A DNA stretch of 64,000 nucleotides from a virus, in IMG/VR virus record IMGVR_UViG_3300043172_001413; one strand, given 5' to 3'. A model generated the notes under the pieces. That model was not told where the DNA came from. It searched no databases and saw only the letters and a program-made list of their open reading frames with translations. Both the position numbers and the translations under genes were made by a program. Of this stretch, positions 1 to 7,813 are shown one piece after another. How positions within the stretch are numbered: position 1 is the first letter of the stretch; each line of letters opens with the position of its first letter.

Positions 1-2
1 TA

Positions 3-155
3 GTGACAAAATCCTGGATGGCTATGGTGGGAAGAACAACGGTGATTCAACCGGGTCAATACTATATATGGAAAGAAGGTCAGAAAAAAAGAACAACTTT
101 TGCAGTCATAGAAATTGCCGGCTGTAAAGTTGAGGCAGAAAGATTTGAAATTTAA
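3..155 (+). CDS. 3' end of an upstream gene (partial, hypothetical)
   Basis: Frame-3 ORF runs off the window start and ends at TAA 153-155. Protein-like C-terminus ...WMAMVGRTTVIQPGQYYIWKEGQKKRTTFAVIEIAGCKVEAERFEI. Confidence 0.35.
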   Translation: MTKSWMAMVGRTTVIQPGQYYIWKEGQKKRTTFAVIEIAGCKVEAERFEI

Positions 156-167
156 TTTATTTTTCTG

Positions 168-196
168 TTGACACAGCCCAATTTTTGAAGTATTAT
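168..196 (+). promoter_or_regulatory. near-consensus sigma70 promoter (TTGACA-17nt-TATTAT)
   Basis: ttgaca at 168-173, a 17-nt spacer, tattat at 191-196. Lies upstream of a short transcript and the tRNA array. Confidence 0.6.
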
Positions 197-204
197 ATAA
201 GTAT

Positions 205-470
205 TAATCTGTAAATTGAAGTTTGAAAAGAATTCAAAATTTAATGGGAAGAAAGATTATGACTCGGGAAACGAAGGCTCCACAAAACAGCACATTCAGG
301 TTTAAGCTATCGGTTAGCCTTAAACAGTTGTGTTTATCCTTTAGTATGCTCTATTCAGGAATTAGACTGCATACAGAGGCGGGGTCTATGGTGACTTAAA
401 GAGTCAGTAGTACATAAAAGGAAACCAGAAACCCTCGCCTCGAAAGAAGTGAGGGTTTTTTTATTATGGT
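205..470 (+). ncRNA. short promoter-to-terminator transcript, a candidate sRNA or a ~50-aa leader ORF
   Basis: Bounded by the promoter at 168-196 and a hairpin plus T-run (accctc...gagggttttttt) at about 431-462. Contains only a ~50-codon ORF starting at ATG 241. Confidence 0.3.
431..462 (+). terminator. intrinsic terminator (hairpin plus T-run)
   Basis: aaccctc gcctcgaaagaagt gagggtt followed by ttttttt. Confidence 0.5.
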
Positions 471-535
471 AACATTAACTCTATCGAAAGGACAGTCTGA
501 TTATGGATGAAGATGGTTTTGTAGACTTTACAAAT

Positions 536-607
536 GGCTGTCTAGCTGAGACGGATTAGCAGTGGACCGAAAATCCACGGAGGGCAGTTCGATACTGTCG
601 GCAGCCA
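536..607 (+). tRNA. tRNA-like, possibly a degenerate tRNA-Phe(GAA) copy with C33
   Basis: Acceptor ggctgtc pairs with ggcagcc. A T-arm ggcag-ttcgata-ctgtc is present. The anticodon arm tgga-ccgaaaa-tcca resembles the next Phe gene but carries C33. D-arm is irregular. Confidence 0.35.
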
Positions 608-611
608 CCTT

Positions 612-684
<73 letters not shown>

Positions 685-698
685 TCTTTGAAATTTAC

Positions 699-782
699 GC
701 TGTTGTGGCGGAATTGGTATACGCGCTAGGTTCAGGACCTAGTGGGAGCAATCCCATGCTGGTTCAAGTCCAGTCAACAGCA
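699..782 (+). tRNA. tRNA-Leu (CAG), long variable arm
   Basis: Acceptor gctgttg pairs with caacagc. Anticodon arm ctagg-ttcagga-cctag. Long variable arm. T-arm ggttcaagtcc. Confidence 0.8.
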
Positions 783-851
783 TTAAAATAAACTGTTCAT
801 TAAATTAAGCTGTTTGTTAATAATGAACAAAGGAGAAAAGTGAACAAATAA

Positions 852-929
852 GGCGCTGTAACTCAGTCCGGTGAGAGTGACTCTCTGATAAGGAGTTGGT
901 CGAAAGTTCAAATCTTTCCAGCGCCACCA
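852..929 (+). tRNA. tRNA-Ile (GAU)
   Basis: ggcgctgtaactcagtccggt...actct-ctgataa-ggagt...cagcgcc a cca. CCA is encoded. Confidence 0.8.
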
Positions 930-954
930 GAAAGTAAAGTTCTTTTAAATAAAT

Positions 955-1041
955 GCGGATGTGGTGGAATTGGTATACACGCAAGGTTAAGGACCTTGTG
1001 GGAGCAATCTCGTGCTGGTTCAAGTCCAGTCATCCGCACCA
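955..1041 (+). tRNA. tRNA-Leu, anticodon reads AAG (unusual A34), long variable arm
   Basis: Paralog of the 699-782 gene. Acceptor gcggatg pairs with catccgc. Anticodon arm caagg-ttaagga-ccttg. CCA is encoded. Confidence 0.65.
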
Positions 1042-1042
1042 T

Positions 1043-1119
1043 GCGCCCTTAGCTCAGTTGGTAGCAGCAACGCCCTTTTAAGGCGTAGGTCATTGGTTCG
1101 ATCCCAATAGGGCGTACCA
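1043..1119 (+). tRNA. tRNA-Lys (UUU)
   Basis: gcgcccttagctcagttggtagcagca acgcc-cttttaa-ggcgt aggtc attgg-ttcgatc-ccaat agggcgt a cca. Confidence 0.75.
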
Positions 1120-1196
1120 TTTAATTTTGAAAGAAAAGAGGTTCAAGGTGAGGTTGAACTCATCGTTTTTTAAACGTTTCCGGTTTAAAAGTTTTC

Positions 1197-1268
1197 GGGT
1201 CTGTAGCCAAGTGGTAAGGCTTCCGGCTTTTAACCGGAATATCGCAAGTTCGATCCTTGCCAGGCCCA
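1197..1268 (+). tRNA. tRNA-Lys (UUU), second copy on a different scaffold
   Basis: gggtctgtagccaagtggtaaggc t tccgg-cttttaa-ccgga atatc gcaag-ttcgatc-cttgc caggccc a. Confidence 0.65.
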
Positions 1269-1278
1269 TTTTGTAAAC

Positions 1279-1355
1279 GCCTCCGTAGCTCAGTTGGTAG
1301 CAGCATCTGCCTCTTAAGCAGGGGGTCGTAGGTTCGAAACCTACCGGGGGTACCA
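1279..1355 (+). tRNA. tRNA-Lys (CUU)
   Basis: Paralog of the 1043-1119 gene. Anticodon arm tctgc-ctcttaa-gcagg. CCA is encoded. Confidence 0.7.
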
Positions 1356-1388
1356 TAAATTTGGACAGATTGACAAATAATAAAATAC

Positions 1389-1474
1389 GGAGAGATAGGT
1401 TAATTGGTAAATCAGCACCCTGCTAAGGTGCCGTCCGAAAGGACTTCCGAGTTCGAGTCTCGGTCTCTCCGCCA
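1389..1474 (+). tRNA. tRNA-Ser (GCU), long variable arm
   Basis: ggagagataggttaattggtaa...gcacc-ctgctaa-ggtgc, variable arm cgtccgaaaggact, T-arm tccgagttcgagtctcgg, tctctcc g cca. Confidence 0.8.
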
Positions 1475-1682
1475 TAAAGGATAAAAAGATGGACGCAACA
1501 AGTAAAGCAAAAGAGTGGCACACAAAAGAACAGGAACGGATCGCAAAACAAGGTTTCCGTAAAGAGAATGGCGGTCAGCTTGTAGGAGTAGTAACAGGAT
1601 GGGGAAGAAAAAAAAGACGAATAAACAGAAAGCCCTGGTTAAAAGGAAACCTTGTAACAGAGATTGCAAGAACTGTAACAGG

Positions 1683-1988
1683 TTAAGATGTTAAACGGAT
1701 GTCTTGGAGACCGGTCATATCTATCATGTCTTGTTCTTCATCCCATTCAAAAAGAAAAGAAGGAGGTTCTGGAATAGCTCGTTGTTTAAGTTCCCATATA
1801 AGGCGATGGACTTTTTGAGCTATGTACTCTATGTTAGGTTCGGAATAACCTTCGTCTGTGATAGTATTGTCTCTAACTCCAGGACCGTAAAGCATAAAAC
1901 CTCCTTTATATAAAGATAGTATGAAATTGATTGTTTGTCTGTGACGGTAGTCACATATGTTATAAAAAGTTAAGGGCGGTATGGCCAA
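1683..1988 (-). CDS. hypothetical protein encoded inside the tRNA array
   Basis: 101-aa ORF on the opposite strand, lying between tRNA-Ser and tRNA-Cys. Its annotated start overlaps the first nucleotides of the tRNA-Cys gene. Confidence 0.3.
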   Translation of the reverse strand: MAIPPLTFYNICDYRHRQTINFILSLYKGGFMLYGPGVRDNTITDEGYSEPNIEYIAQKVHRLIWELKQRAIPEPPSFLFEWDEEQDMIDMTGLQDIRLTS

Positions 1989-2048
1989 GTGGTAAGGCAG
2001 AAGTCTGCAAAACTTCTATCTCCAGTTCAAATCTGGATACCGCCTCCA
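1975..2048 (+). tRNA. tRNA-Cys (GCA)
   Basis: ggcggtatggccaagtggtaaggca gaagt-ctgcaaa-acttc tatc tccag-ttcaaat-ctgga taccgcc t cca. Confidence 0.8.
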
Positions 2049-2059
2049 AAATTCTTTGA

Positions 2060-2277
2060 AATAGAATAGTTGAGCCGGACCTACGCGCAGGATGTTTATC
2101 CTGTGAGGAAGCTCAGGTCACTACTGCTGAAGGAAGGAGATGAGAATCGCTGGCACTTCCGAGGGTGCAACTCCGAGTTCGGTATATGCGGGTGAGCAGC
2201 GCTGTGATTACCTGGTTGGAGGCTTAGACAAATGTAGGTATTGGAACAGAAACCTGGCTATGAGCTTAACTATTTAC
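2060..2277 (+). ncRNA. unassigned ORF-free structured segment inside the tRNA array
   Basis: About 215 nt with no ORF of 60 aa or more in any frame. Has several short inverted repeats (ccgag...ttcgg, acctgg...). No T-arm, so it is not a tRNA or tmRNA. Confidence 0.25.
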
Positions 2278-2363
2278 GGAGGGTTAGTATAATTGATAAT
2301 GCAGCGGTTTTGAAAGCCGCCGTCCGCAAGGGCTTACAGGTTTGAGTCCTGTACCCTCCGCCA
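2278..2363 (+). tRNA. tRNA-Ser (UGA), long variable arm
   Basis: ggagggttagtataattgataat gcggt-tttgaaa-gccgc, variable arm cgtccgcaagggctt, T-arm acaggtttgagtcctgt, accctcc g cca. Confidence 0.75.
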
Positions 2364-2437
2364 TAAATTAATGTTCTTTGAAATTTCTATTGTTATGAAG
2401 TCAGCACATTTTATTTGTAAAAGATTGTGAAGGTTAC

Positions 2438-2513
2438 GGTGTAGGTCGTCCAGTGGTCAGGGCCCCGGATTGTGGTTCCGGAGACGGGAGTTCAACTCTC
2501 CTCCTTCACCCCA
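2438..2513 (+). tRNA. tRNA-His (GUG) with G-1
   Basis: An extra 5' G precedes gtgtagg. Anticodon arm ccgga-ttgtggt-tccgg. T-arm gggag-ttcaact-ctcct. Acceptor 3' strand ccttcac, discriminator c, then cca. One acceptor-stem mismatch. Confidence 0.7.
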
Positions 2514-2539
2514 TCTTCTTTCAAATAAATGAGTTACAA

Positions 2540-2621
2540 GGGAGTACTGGGCATTGGTGAGCCCCCTTGACTGTAGATCAAACGCCTTCGGGCTGTGGTG
2601 GTTCAACTCCATCTGCTCCCA
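2540..2621 (+). tRNA. tRNA-Tyr (GUA), long variable arm
   Basis: gggagtactgggcattggtgagccc, anticodon arm cttga-ctgtaga-tcaaa, variable arm cgccttcgggctg, T-arm tggtggttcaactccatc, tgctccc a. Confidence 0.7.
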
Positions 2622-2715
2622 TTTGTCAATTATAACCGAGAGGCTACGGCTACGGAAAGAAATTGCCCATTTACGACCGTCCGGGGGGAAGAACCTGGTC
2701 TCGGTTTCCTTATCG

Positions 2716-2758
2716 ATTTGTAGAGGATTATAAATTATATCAAAATCCTCTACAAATC
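2716..2758 (+). other. perfect 14-bp stem-loop between tRNA-Tyr and tRNA-Ser
   Basis: atttgtagaggatt ataaattatatcaaa aatcctctacaaat. No trailing T-run, so it may be a processing or regulatory hairpin rather than a terminator. Confidence 0.5.
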
Positions 2759-2767
2759 AACTTTTCT

Positions 2768-2853
2768 GGAGGGTTAGTATAATCGCTAATACAGCAGTTT
2801 CGAAAGCTGCCGCCTGAAAGGGCTTATAGGTTGGAGTCCTATACCCTCCGCCA
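2768..2853 (+). tRNA. tRNA-Ser (CGA), long variable arm
   Basis: Paralog of the 2278-2363 gene. Anticodon arm gcagt-ttcgaaa-gctgc. accctcc g cca. Confidence 0.75.
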
Positions 2854-2854
2854 T

Positions 2855-2939
2855 GGAGGAGATCCCGAACGGTTAGGGAGCCGGTTGGAATCCGGTGGGC
2901 TGAAAGGCTCGGCAGGTTCGACTCCTGTCTCCTCCGCCA
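2855..2939 (+). tRNA. tRNA-Ser (GGA), long variable arm
   Basis: ggaggagatcccgaacggttaggga, anticodon arm gccgg-ttggaat-ccggt, variable arm gggctgaaaggctcg, T-arm gcaggttcgactcctgt, ctcctcc g cca. Confidence 0.75.
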
Positions 2940-3003
2940 TTTTTCTTAAAAAATAAGTTTAACAAGAGACTGATATTTCCGTACCATATTATAACACTAA
3001 TGA

Positions 3004-4125
3004 TTGGAACTATTTATGGATATGGAAATTTATAATACCTGGAAGGGAATTAACGAATCACTCTCTTCTTATAAAAATTTCACTGCAATGCTCGATGAAA
3101 GACATACAGCCGGTTATACCCGGGGGGAAAGATTGAATACTTTCTATGTCTTGGGAAGATTCCTACTGGACGGCCACGGTAACTGCGGTTATGCTACTGA
3201 TTTTATCCCTGCAGAAAATATACCTGAATTTCCTAAAGTTGCTATGCATGATGTCTTCTGGCAAGTTATAAAAGACTGGCAGAAGAAAAAACAACCAGAT
3301 GTTTTAACAGATAAAGATATGAGAGCCTCGGATTTCAGCTATAGCAAGAATAAGCGACCTTTTCCGATCAGCATTAGTTTCGGGATGGAGAATATTATTC
3401 CTCCAGTTTCACTCCGATGTCCTCATTGTCAGAAAGGGTGGGCTATAGAAAACTGCCATGACGTAAAAAAAGTCAGCGGTGGGCGCTTAATCACTGAAGA
3501 CAGCCCTTTTATCGGGATAACCCTTGGGGAGCTACGTGAGGAATTCGGAAAGAGATCTGATGCAATGTATTATACCCATAATTTTATATACAATAATGGT
3601 GTAAAAAAGGATAATGTCAAGGAAGATTATGTTCTTATTGAGGGTGATAAGATCTCTTATGGAAAAGTTTACTACTATCACAGCGAGTGTCTTAGAGCCA
3701 GGCAAACCCTGGAATGTGAAGAGCACCGACATAATAATGGTGAAAATTATGAACAGTTAAACCTCGCTGGGAATATAGCTTGCGATGAATTTATTAAGTT
3801 GGAGCTTGAACTCACTGGAATAAATATTGTAGAGAAGAAAGGAAAGGGAGAAGTTCCCTATAATTATGAGGGCAGGCTTGGCGATTTCACTTTCAGGAGA
3901 GCCTGGTCTTACTGGGTAGTGCATGGAGATGTTCCTTTAAAACTTGCGAAAGAAATGTATTATGAAAGTGAGATTGGTCAAAAAACAGTGCGAGTAGCAG
4001 GTCATTGCGGTTGTCCTCGTCCGGAAGAGTGGGCACACGGTGGTTATGTTACTTCTTACCATATAGATAGCTGGAAAGGCTTGAAATTATTTGCAGACAC
4101 AATTAAGAATAATATGCTGGTGTAG
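3004..4125 (+). CDS. hypothetical Cys/His-rich protein (373 aa)
   Basis: Long uninterrupted ORF. The stop codon TAG overlaps the first nucleotides of the tRNA-Met gene. No recognisable domain. Confidence 0.5.
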   Translation: MELFMDMEIYNTWKGINESLSSYKNFTAMLDERHTAGYTRGERLNTFYVLGRFLLDGHGNCGYATDFIPAENIPEFPKVAMHDVFWQVIKDWQKKKQPDVLTDKDMRASDFSYSKNKRPFPISISFGMENIIPPVSLRCPHCQKGWAIENCHDVKKVSGGRLITEDSPFIGITLGELREEFGKRSDAMYYTHNFIYNNGVKKDNVKEDYVLIEGDKISYGKVYYYHSECLRARQTLECEEHRHNNGENYEQLNLAGNIACDEFIKLELELTGINIVEKKGKGEVPYNYEGRLGDFTFRRAWSYWVVHGDVPLKLAKEMYYESEIGQKTVRVAGHCGCPRPEEWAHGGYVTSYHIDSWKGLKLFADTIKNNMLV

Positions 4126-4191
4126 TTCAGTTGGCAGAACGTTGGAATCATAATCCAAAAGTCGGAGGTTCGATCCCTCTCACCAGCACCA
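4116..4191 (+). tRNA. tRNA-Met (CAU); a lysidine-modified Ile2 species cannot be excluded
   Basis: gctggtgtagttcagttggcagaacg ttgga-atcataa-tccaa aagtc ggagg-ttcgatc-cctct caccagc a cca. Confidence 0.8.
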
Positions 4192-4497
4192 TTTTTTAAA
4201 GGAGTACATTTTTTTAAGGAGTTCTGACAAAGAGGGGTAAACTATGAAGAATGAAAAGCAGAAAGAAATAGAAGTGAGAATATCTGCTAAACAATTAATA
4301 GATCATAAAAGATATGATGTATTTGAGAAAGGCGTATTTCATTTAAAGAAAAACAATCCAAATTTTAACTCAGATGATTATGATGTAATAATCAGGAAAA
4401 AAGAAATTAAATAATGCTGTAAGTTCAGTTGAATGAGAGTTTTTAAGATTTAACAAAGGAGGAAGCTATGCTATAATTACCTTAACAAGGAGTTATA

Positions 4498-4737
4498 GTG
4501 AGCAGATCTTACAGGAAGCCTTGGGTTACAGATGGATACAAAGGATCCAAGAATAAACAATATCAAAAGAACCAAGCAAACCGGAGGATACGGAGGGCCA
4601 AAAGCGTTCCAGATGGGATGCTCTATAAAAGATATTATGATCCATGGAATATCTGTGATTACAAATGGTTCGCTAATGTCAAAGACAAAGATGATCCCTG
4701 GTATGAAGAGGAGTTCTGGAAAGTTACTCGAAAATGA
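4498..4737 (+). CDS. hypothetical basic protein (79 aa, GTG start)
   Basis: ORF preceded by aaggag. K/R/W-rich. Confidence 0.4.
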   Translation: MSRSYRKPWVTDGYKGSKNKQYQKNQANRRIRRAKSVPDGMLYKRYYDPWNICDYKWFANVKDKDDPWYEEEFWKVTRK

Positions 4738-4742
4738 GAAAG

Positions 4743-4852
4743 TTTCCCCATTACGGGGATGGACCTACGTCCGAGAGAGTATGAGGGTTTTAGTCTCTAA
4801 TTTCCCCCGCATAGACGGGGATAAACTAACGTCCGAGAGAGCAGGGGGATAG
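4743..4852 (+). repeat. tandem imperfect ~58-nt repeat, each unit with a CCCC-N5-8-GGGG hairpin and an acgtccgagagag box
   Basis: Unit 1 at 4743-4800 (tttccccattacggggat ... ctacgtccgagagagtatgagggtttt). Unit 2 at 4801-4852 (tttcccccgcatagacggggat ... ctaacgtccgagagagcagggggat). Related gcatagac/gcatagcg motifs recur at about 4862 and 5053. Confidence 0.6.
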
Positions 4853-5190
4853 TAGTCCCTGCATAGCGACTACCGGACGGCAAGGATGTGGTCGCTGTGG
4901 GTCGAGGAAGAATGCTACCGAGCATGCAGAATGCATTCATACTACCGACCGCGGACGTTTTTAATTATGAACCGATACCAAATTCTAATTAAAAAACCGG
5001 ATCAGTATGTATCTGTAGACAGGCAGACATCAAGATTTGGAGAATGCTCCTGCATAGACGGTTGTTGGAGAATGAATTTTTGTCCAGCGTGCCTTTATCT
5101 TCCGGATTTTATAAAACCTTTAATTGCCTGGGATGAGATAGATTCGGTTCAAATAGTATTACCAAATAAAAGATCGGAATCAAAAGAAAC

Positions 5191-5841
5191 ATGCACGACA
5201 GCAAAGATAGAATCGAGAGCTTTCGTGGCGAATATCGATTTCTCTCAAATTTCTGGTATGCAAAGACCGTCTACAAAGGAATTGAATTCCCTACGTCAGA
5301 GCATGCGTTTCAGGCTGCAAAATCTAATGATGAGCGCATACGGCGACTTTTCCTGACCTACGAGACACCGGGAGAGGCAAAACGACAGGGTCAGCTGATA
5401 GAGTGCCGGCCGAACTGGGATCTTATAAAAGTGGATGTCATGAACGCTATCTTATTTTCTAAGTTCTCAGATAATCACTTGATGGGGAAGCTTCTGGCAA
5501 CCGAGTATGTCGAATTAATCGAGGGCAATAACTGGGGCGATACCTTCTTCGGTGTCTGCAACGGTGAGGGTGAAAACTGGCTTGGTAGATTATTGATGAA
5601 TCTCCGTGCCTGGGAGTCAGAGTTTAGAAGATTAGACGGTGTTGTTATCGTTGAAATGGTACGGGATTTCCAGGTTAACGATGAAGAAATTATTACAGAG
5701 GGTGCCATAGGGACAATAAGATACGGAAACACTATTTATTTTCCTAAAGGAGTAATAAATCTACCCGAGGGAATAGCCCCTGAGTTTGTGCGCTATGATT
5801 TTGATAAGGATAATTGGAAGGGTCTGGTAAAGATAATATAA
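5191..5841 (+). CDS. NADAR (YbiA/DUF1768) domain protein, a predicted ADP-ribose-processing N-glycosidase
   Basis: N-terminal FRGEYRFLSNFW ... FPTSEHAFQAAK ... WDLIKVDVM matches the YbiA/NADAR signature. An extra ~70-aa C-terminal extension follows. Confidence 0.7.
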   Translation: MHDSKDRIESFRGEYRFLSNFWYAKTVYKGIEFPTSEHAFQAAKSNDERIRRLFLTYETPGEAKRQGQLIECRPNWDLIKVDVMNAILFSKFSDNHLMGKLLATEYVELIEGNNWGDTFFGVCNGEGENWLGRLLMNLRAWESEFRRLDGVVIVEMVRDFQVNDEEIITEGAIGTIRYGNTIYFPKGVINLPEGIAPEFVRYDFDKDNWKGLVKII

Positions 5842-5872
5842 AGATAATATCTAAATAAAATAGGGAGGTGAG

Positions 5873-6457
5873 ATGGAGAGATTTGATTTTAATGGTATGG
5901 AACTGCTTGAATTCGGACATAATATCCTGATTGGTGGTGTGATTTATTCAGGGAAAGGTAAGAATTATGTCTGTCTCCTTCCGGATGACGCGGATTTCGA
6001 TGACGAATTCTGTTTCCTTCAACTCAGTATGGAAGAGTGGAAGAAAGTTATTCGACAGACTGATCTGATGGAGACTGAAATCCTGCAAAAAGCCGCAGAT
6101 GGAACCATGGTTAAAGCTCTTGTAAGAAAGACGGCCCGGATGATTGAACAGGGAATCTCTTGGAGAGTCTATAAGCGGGACGGTTATAAGTGCCGGTACT
6201 GTGGTAAAGATGGCCCTTTAACTGTTGACCATCTGATTCTCTGGGAAGAAGGTGGACCCAGCATCGAGGAGAACTTGGTGACAGCCTGCAAGCGGTGTAA
6301 TAAGACCCGTGGGAGCATTCCTTATAAAGACTGGCTGGAGCATCCTTATTATCTGAAGGTGTCTAAGAAACTGGATCAGGACGGTCTGGACGCAAATATC
6401 GATCTGGTAGATACCTTGGTTGATATCCCTATAAGAATTCATGTCAGGAGCAGGTAA
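5873..6457 (+). CDS. HNH endonuclease
   Basis: C-terminal motif CRYCG...LTVDHLILWEEGGPSIEENLVTACKRCNKTRG, the HNH ββα-metal motif. Confidence 0.7.
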   Translation: MERFDFNGMELLEFGHNILIGGVIYSGKGKNYVCLLPDDADFDDEFCFLQLSMEEWKKVIRQTDLMETEILQKAADGTMVKALVRKTARMIEQGISWRVYKRDGYKCRYCGKDGPLTVDHLILWEEGGPSIEENLVTACKRCNKTRGSIPYKDWLEHPYYLKVSKKLDQDGLDANIDLVDTLVDIPIRIHVRSR

Positions 6458-6532
6458 CTGCGACTGTTATAAAGGCCTTTGGAGAATGTTAAAACGCGGT
6501 GGATGGATAGACTGAAGTAAAAGAGAGGTAAA

Positions 6533-6748
6533 ATGATATTAATAAGAAAGATAAAACTAAAGGAAATAAAGTATTGTACTCACTGCGACGCTAGAGCAAG
6601 ATTTGTAATTTCTATAGACAATCCTGAAATTATACAGCATTCTCCAGTTGCGTGTTTATGTGAAAGATGCATGACAATTTTTAAAGAGAAAGTAAATACT
6701 ATTTCTCCTGGGACACTAGTACATGAAGAGAAAATATCACCGTTATAA
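6533..6748 (+). CDS. hypothetical zinc-ribbon protein (71 aa)
   Basis: Motifs CTHCDARARF and CLCERC. Confidence 0.35.
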   Translation: MILIRKIKLKEIKYCTHCDARARFVISIDNPEIIQHSPVACLCERCMTIFKEKVNTISPGTLVHEEKISPL

Positions 6749-6792
6749 ACTCATTGTTTATCCTAATTATATGAAAAAGATTTAGAGGCCAA

Positions 6793-6853
6793 GTAACGGC
6801 CTGCAGGCGTTGTAATAAGACCCGTGGCTGTAAGAATCCACGTTAGAAGCAGG
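6793..6853 (+). pseudogene. remnant copy of the 3' end of the HNH gene at 5873-6457
   Basis: cctgcaggcgttgtaataagacccgtgg...gtaagaatccacgttagaagcaggtaa matches cctgcaagcggtgtaataagacccgtgg...ataagaattcatgtcaggagcaggtaa at about 6285-6457, with an internal deletion. Confidence 0.55.
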
Positions 6854-6942
6854 TAAAAGAGATGCATAATATTATAAATCATTAACCATCGCCTCCGGGA
6901 GACCGGATGACTTTCAGGCGAATATTCCTGTAAGGAGGAAAT

Positions 6943-7272
6943 ATGAAAGTGGCAGACACCAAAACAATAAAAGCGGTAAAGGGATTTCTTTCCAAAATTG
7001 TTTCTAAATATTCAGAATTGAGGTTCTCTGCAAATAATACTCTTAAAAACAGGGACCAGAAAACAGGGTCTTTAAATTTTAATATTAAGGTATCCCCGGA
7101 AGAGTTCCCAGATATTCTTGATAAAGACGATTATTTAGAGCTTATTAAAAAAATGTTGAAAGACCAATTTAAAAAAGATGTAAGGTATTTGAATATTAAT
7201 TGGTCATGTACGGATTTAGAAGATTCTTGTTGTGATTCTTGTTGTATATCTTTTGATATGAAATTGTCATAA
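6943..7272 (+). CDS. hypothetical protein (109 aa)
   Basis: ORF with an upstream aaggagg. Cys cluster CCDSCC at the C-terminus. Confidence 0.4.
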   Translation: MKVADTKTIKAVKGFLSKIVSKYSELRFSANNTLKNRDQKTGSLNFNIKVSPEEFPDILDKDDYLELIKKMLKDQFKKDVRYLNINWSCTDLEDSCCDSCCISFDMKLS

Positions 7273-7285
7273 TATAAGGAATATT

Positions 7286-7705
7286 ATGCATCTCTTTACA
7301 AAAAAATATGAATATGAAGGTCAGATGGATAAGGAAGTCATAGATTTATGTAATGCTATGAATGCCTTACCCGGTATTAAAACAACAGATAGCTGTTGTG
7401 GTCACAGCTCGAGCTCTTTTATGGTATTTTTTAGGGTAACTTCTGATAAAGGCTTGTTCTTTTTAACACGTTGCGTTGATCGTAGATACTGGAAATATGG
7501 CTATCTTTGGAAGATTGAGCTCTCTGTTGGAGATAGATATATTGATGGTATATTACCCATAACCTATTTGCTTACCAGTAGTCCAATTGTTGGAGAGGAT
7601 GCCTATGAGCAAGCAAAGTCGTTAATAGGAAACATGAATCATCATTTGAATTATGTTAATTTTTTGAAGGGTTATGGTTTAAATATAAAAGATTTTGATA
7701 TTTGA
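7286..7705 (+). CDS. hypothetical protein (139 aa)
   Basis: ORF. Its stop lies immediately before tRNA-Leu. Confidence 0.4.
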   Translation: MHLFTKKYEYEGQMDKEVIDLCNAMNALPGIKTTDSCCGHSSSSFMVFFRVTSDKGLFFLTRCVDRRYWKYGYLWKIELSVGDRYIDGILPITYLLTSSPIVGEDAYEQAKSLIGNMNHHLNYVNFLKGYGLNIKDFDI

Positions 7706-7706
7706 G

Positions 7707-7788
7707 AGCCAAGTGGCGGAATAGGTAGACGCGCATGGTTTAGGTTCATGTGGAGAGATCCGTAGGAGTTCGATTCTCCTCTTGGCTA
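7707..7788 (+). tRNA. tRNA-Leu (UAG), long variable arm
   Basis: agccaagtggcggaataggtagacgc g catgg-tttaggt-tcatg, variable arm tggagagatccgt, T-arm aggag-ttcgatt-ctcct, cttggct a. Confidence 0.75.
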
Positions 7789-7813
7789 TAAAACCATAAG
7801 ATAGGAATAAAAG

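Noticed and set aside
817-1669. Minus-strand ORFs 817-1023, 1090-1356, 1341-1523 and 1412-1669, and the plus-strand ORF 1489-1686
   Set aside because: They run antisense to, or across, a contiguous run of tRNA genes. Their translations contain the classic tRNA-derived GFEPTT-type strings. They are artefacts of the conserved tRNA sequence.
2060-2277. tmRNA or RNase P RNA in the tRNA array
   Set aside because: There is no tRNA-like acceptor or T-arm with a CCA end, no tag-peptide ORF ending in a stop, and no RNase P conserved regions. It is left as an unassigned structured segment.
4738-4880. A CRISPR array
   Set aside because: There are only two imperfect, unequal repeat units with no regular spacer and repeat periodicity, and no cas genes nearby. 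It is better described as a tandem hairpin repeat.
4886-5356. A 156-aa ORF overlapping the NADAR gene start
   Set aside because: It overlaps the well-supported NADAR CDS out of frame by 165 nt. It lies over the repeat region, and its W/C-rich composition looks unlike a real protein.
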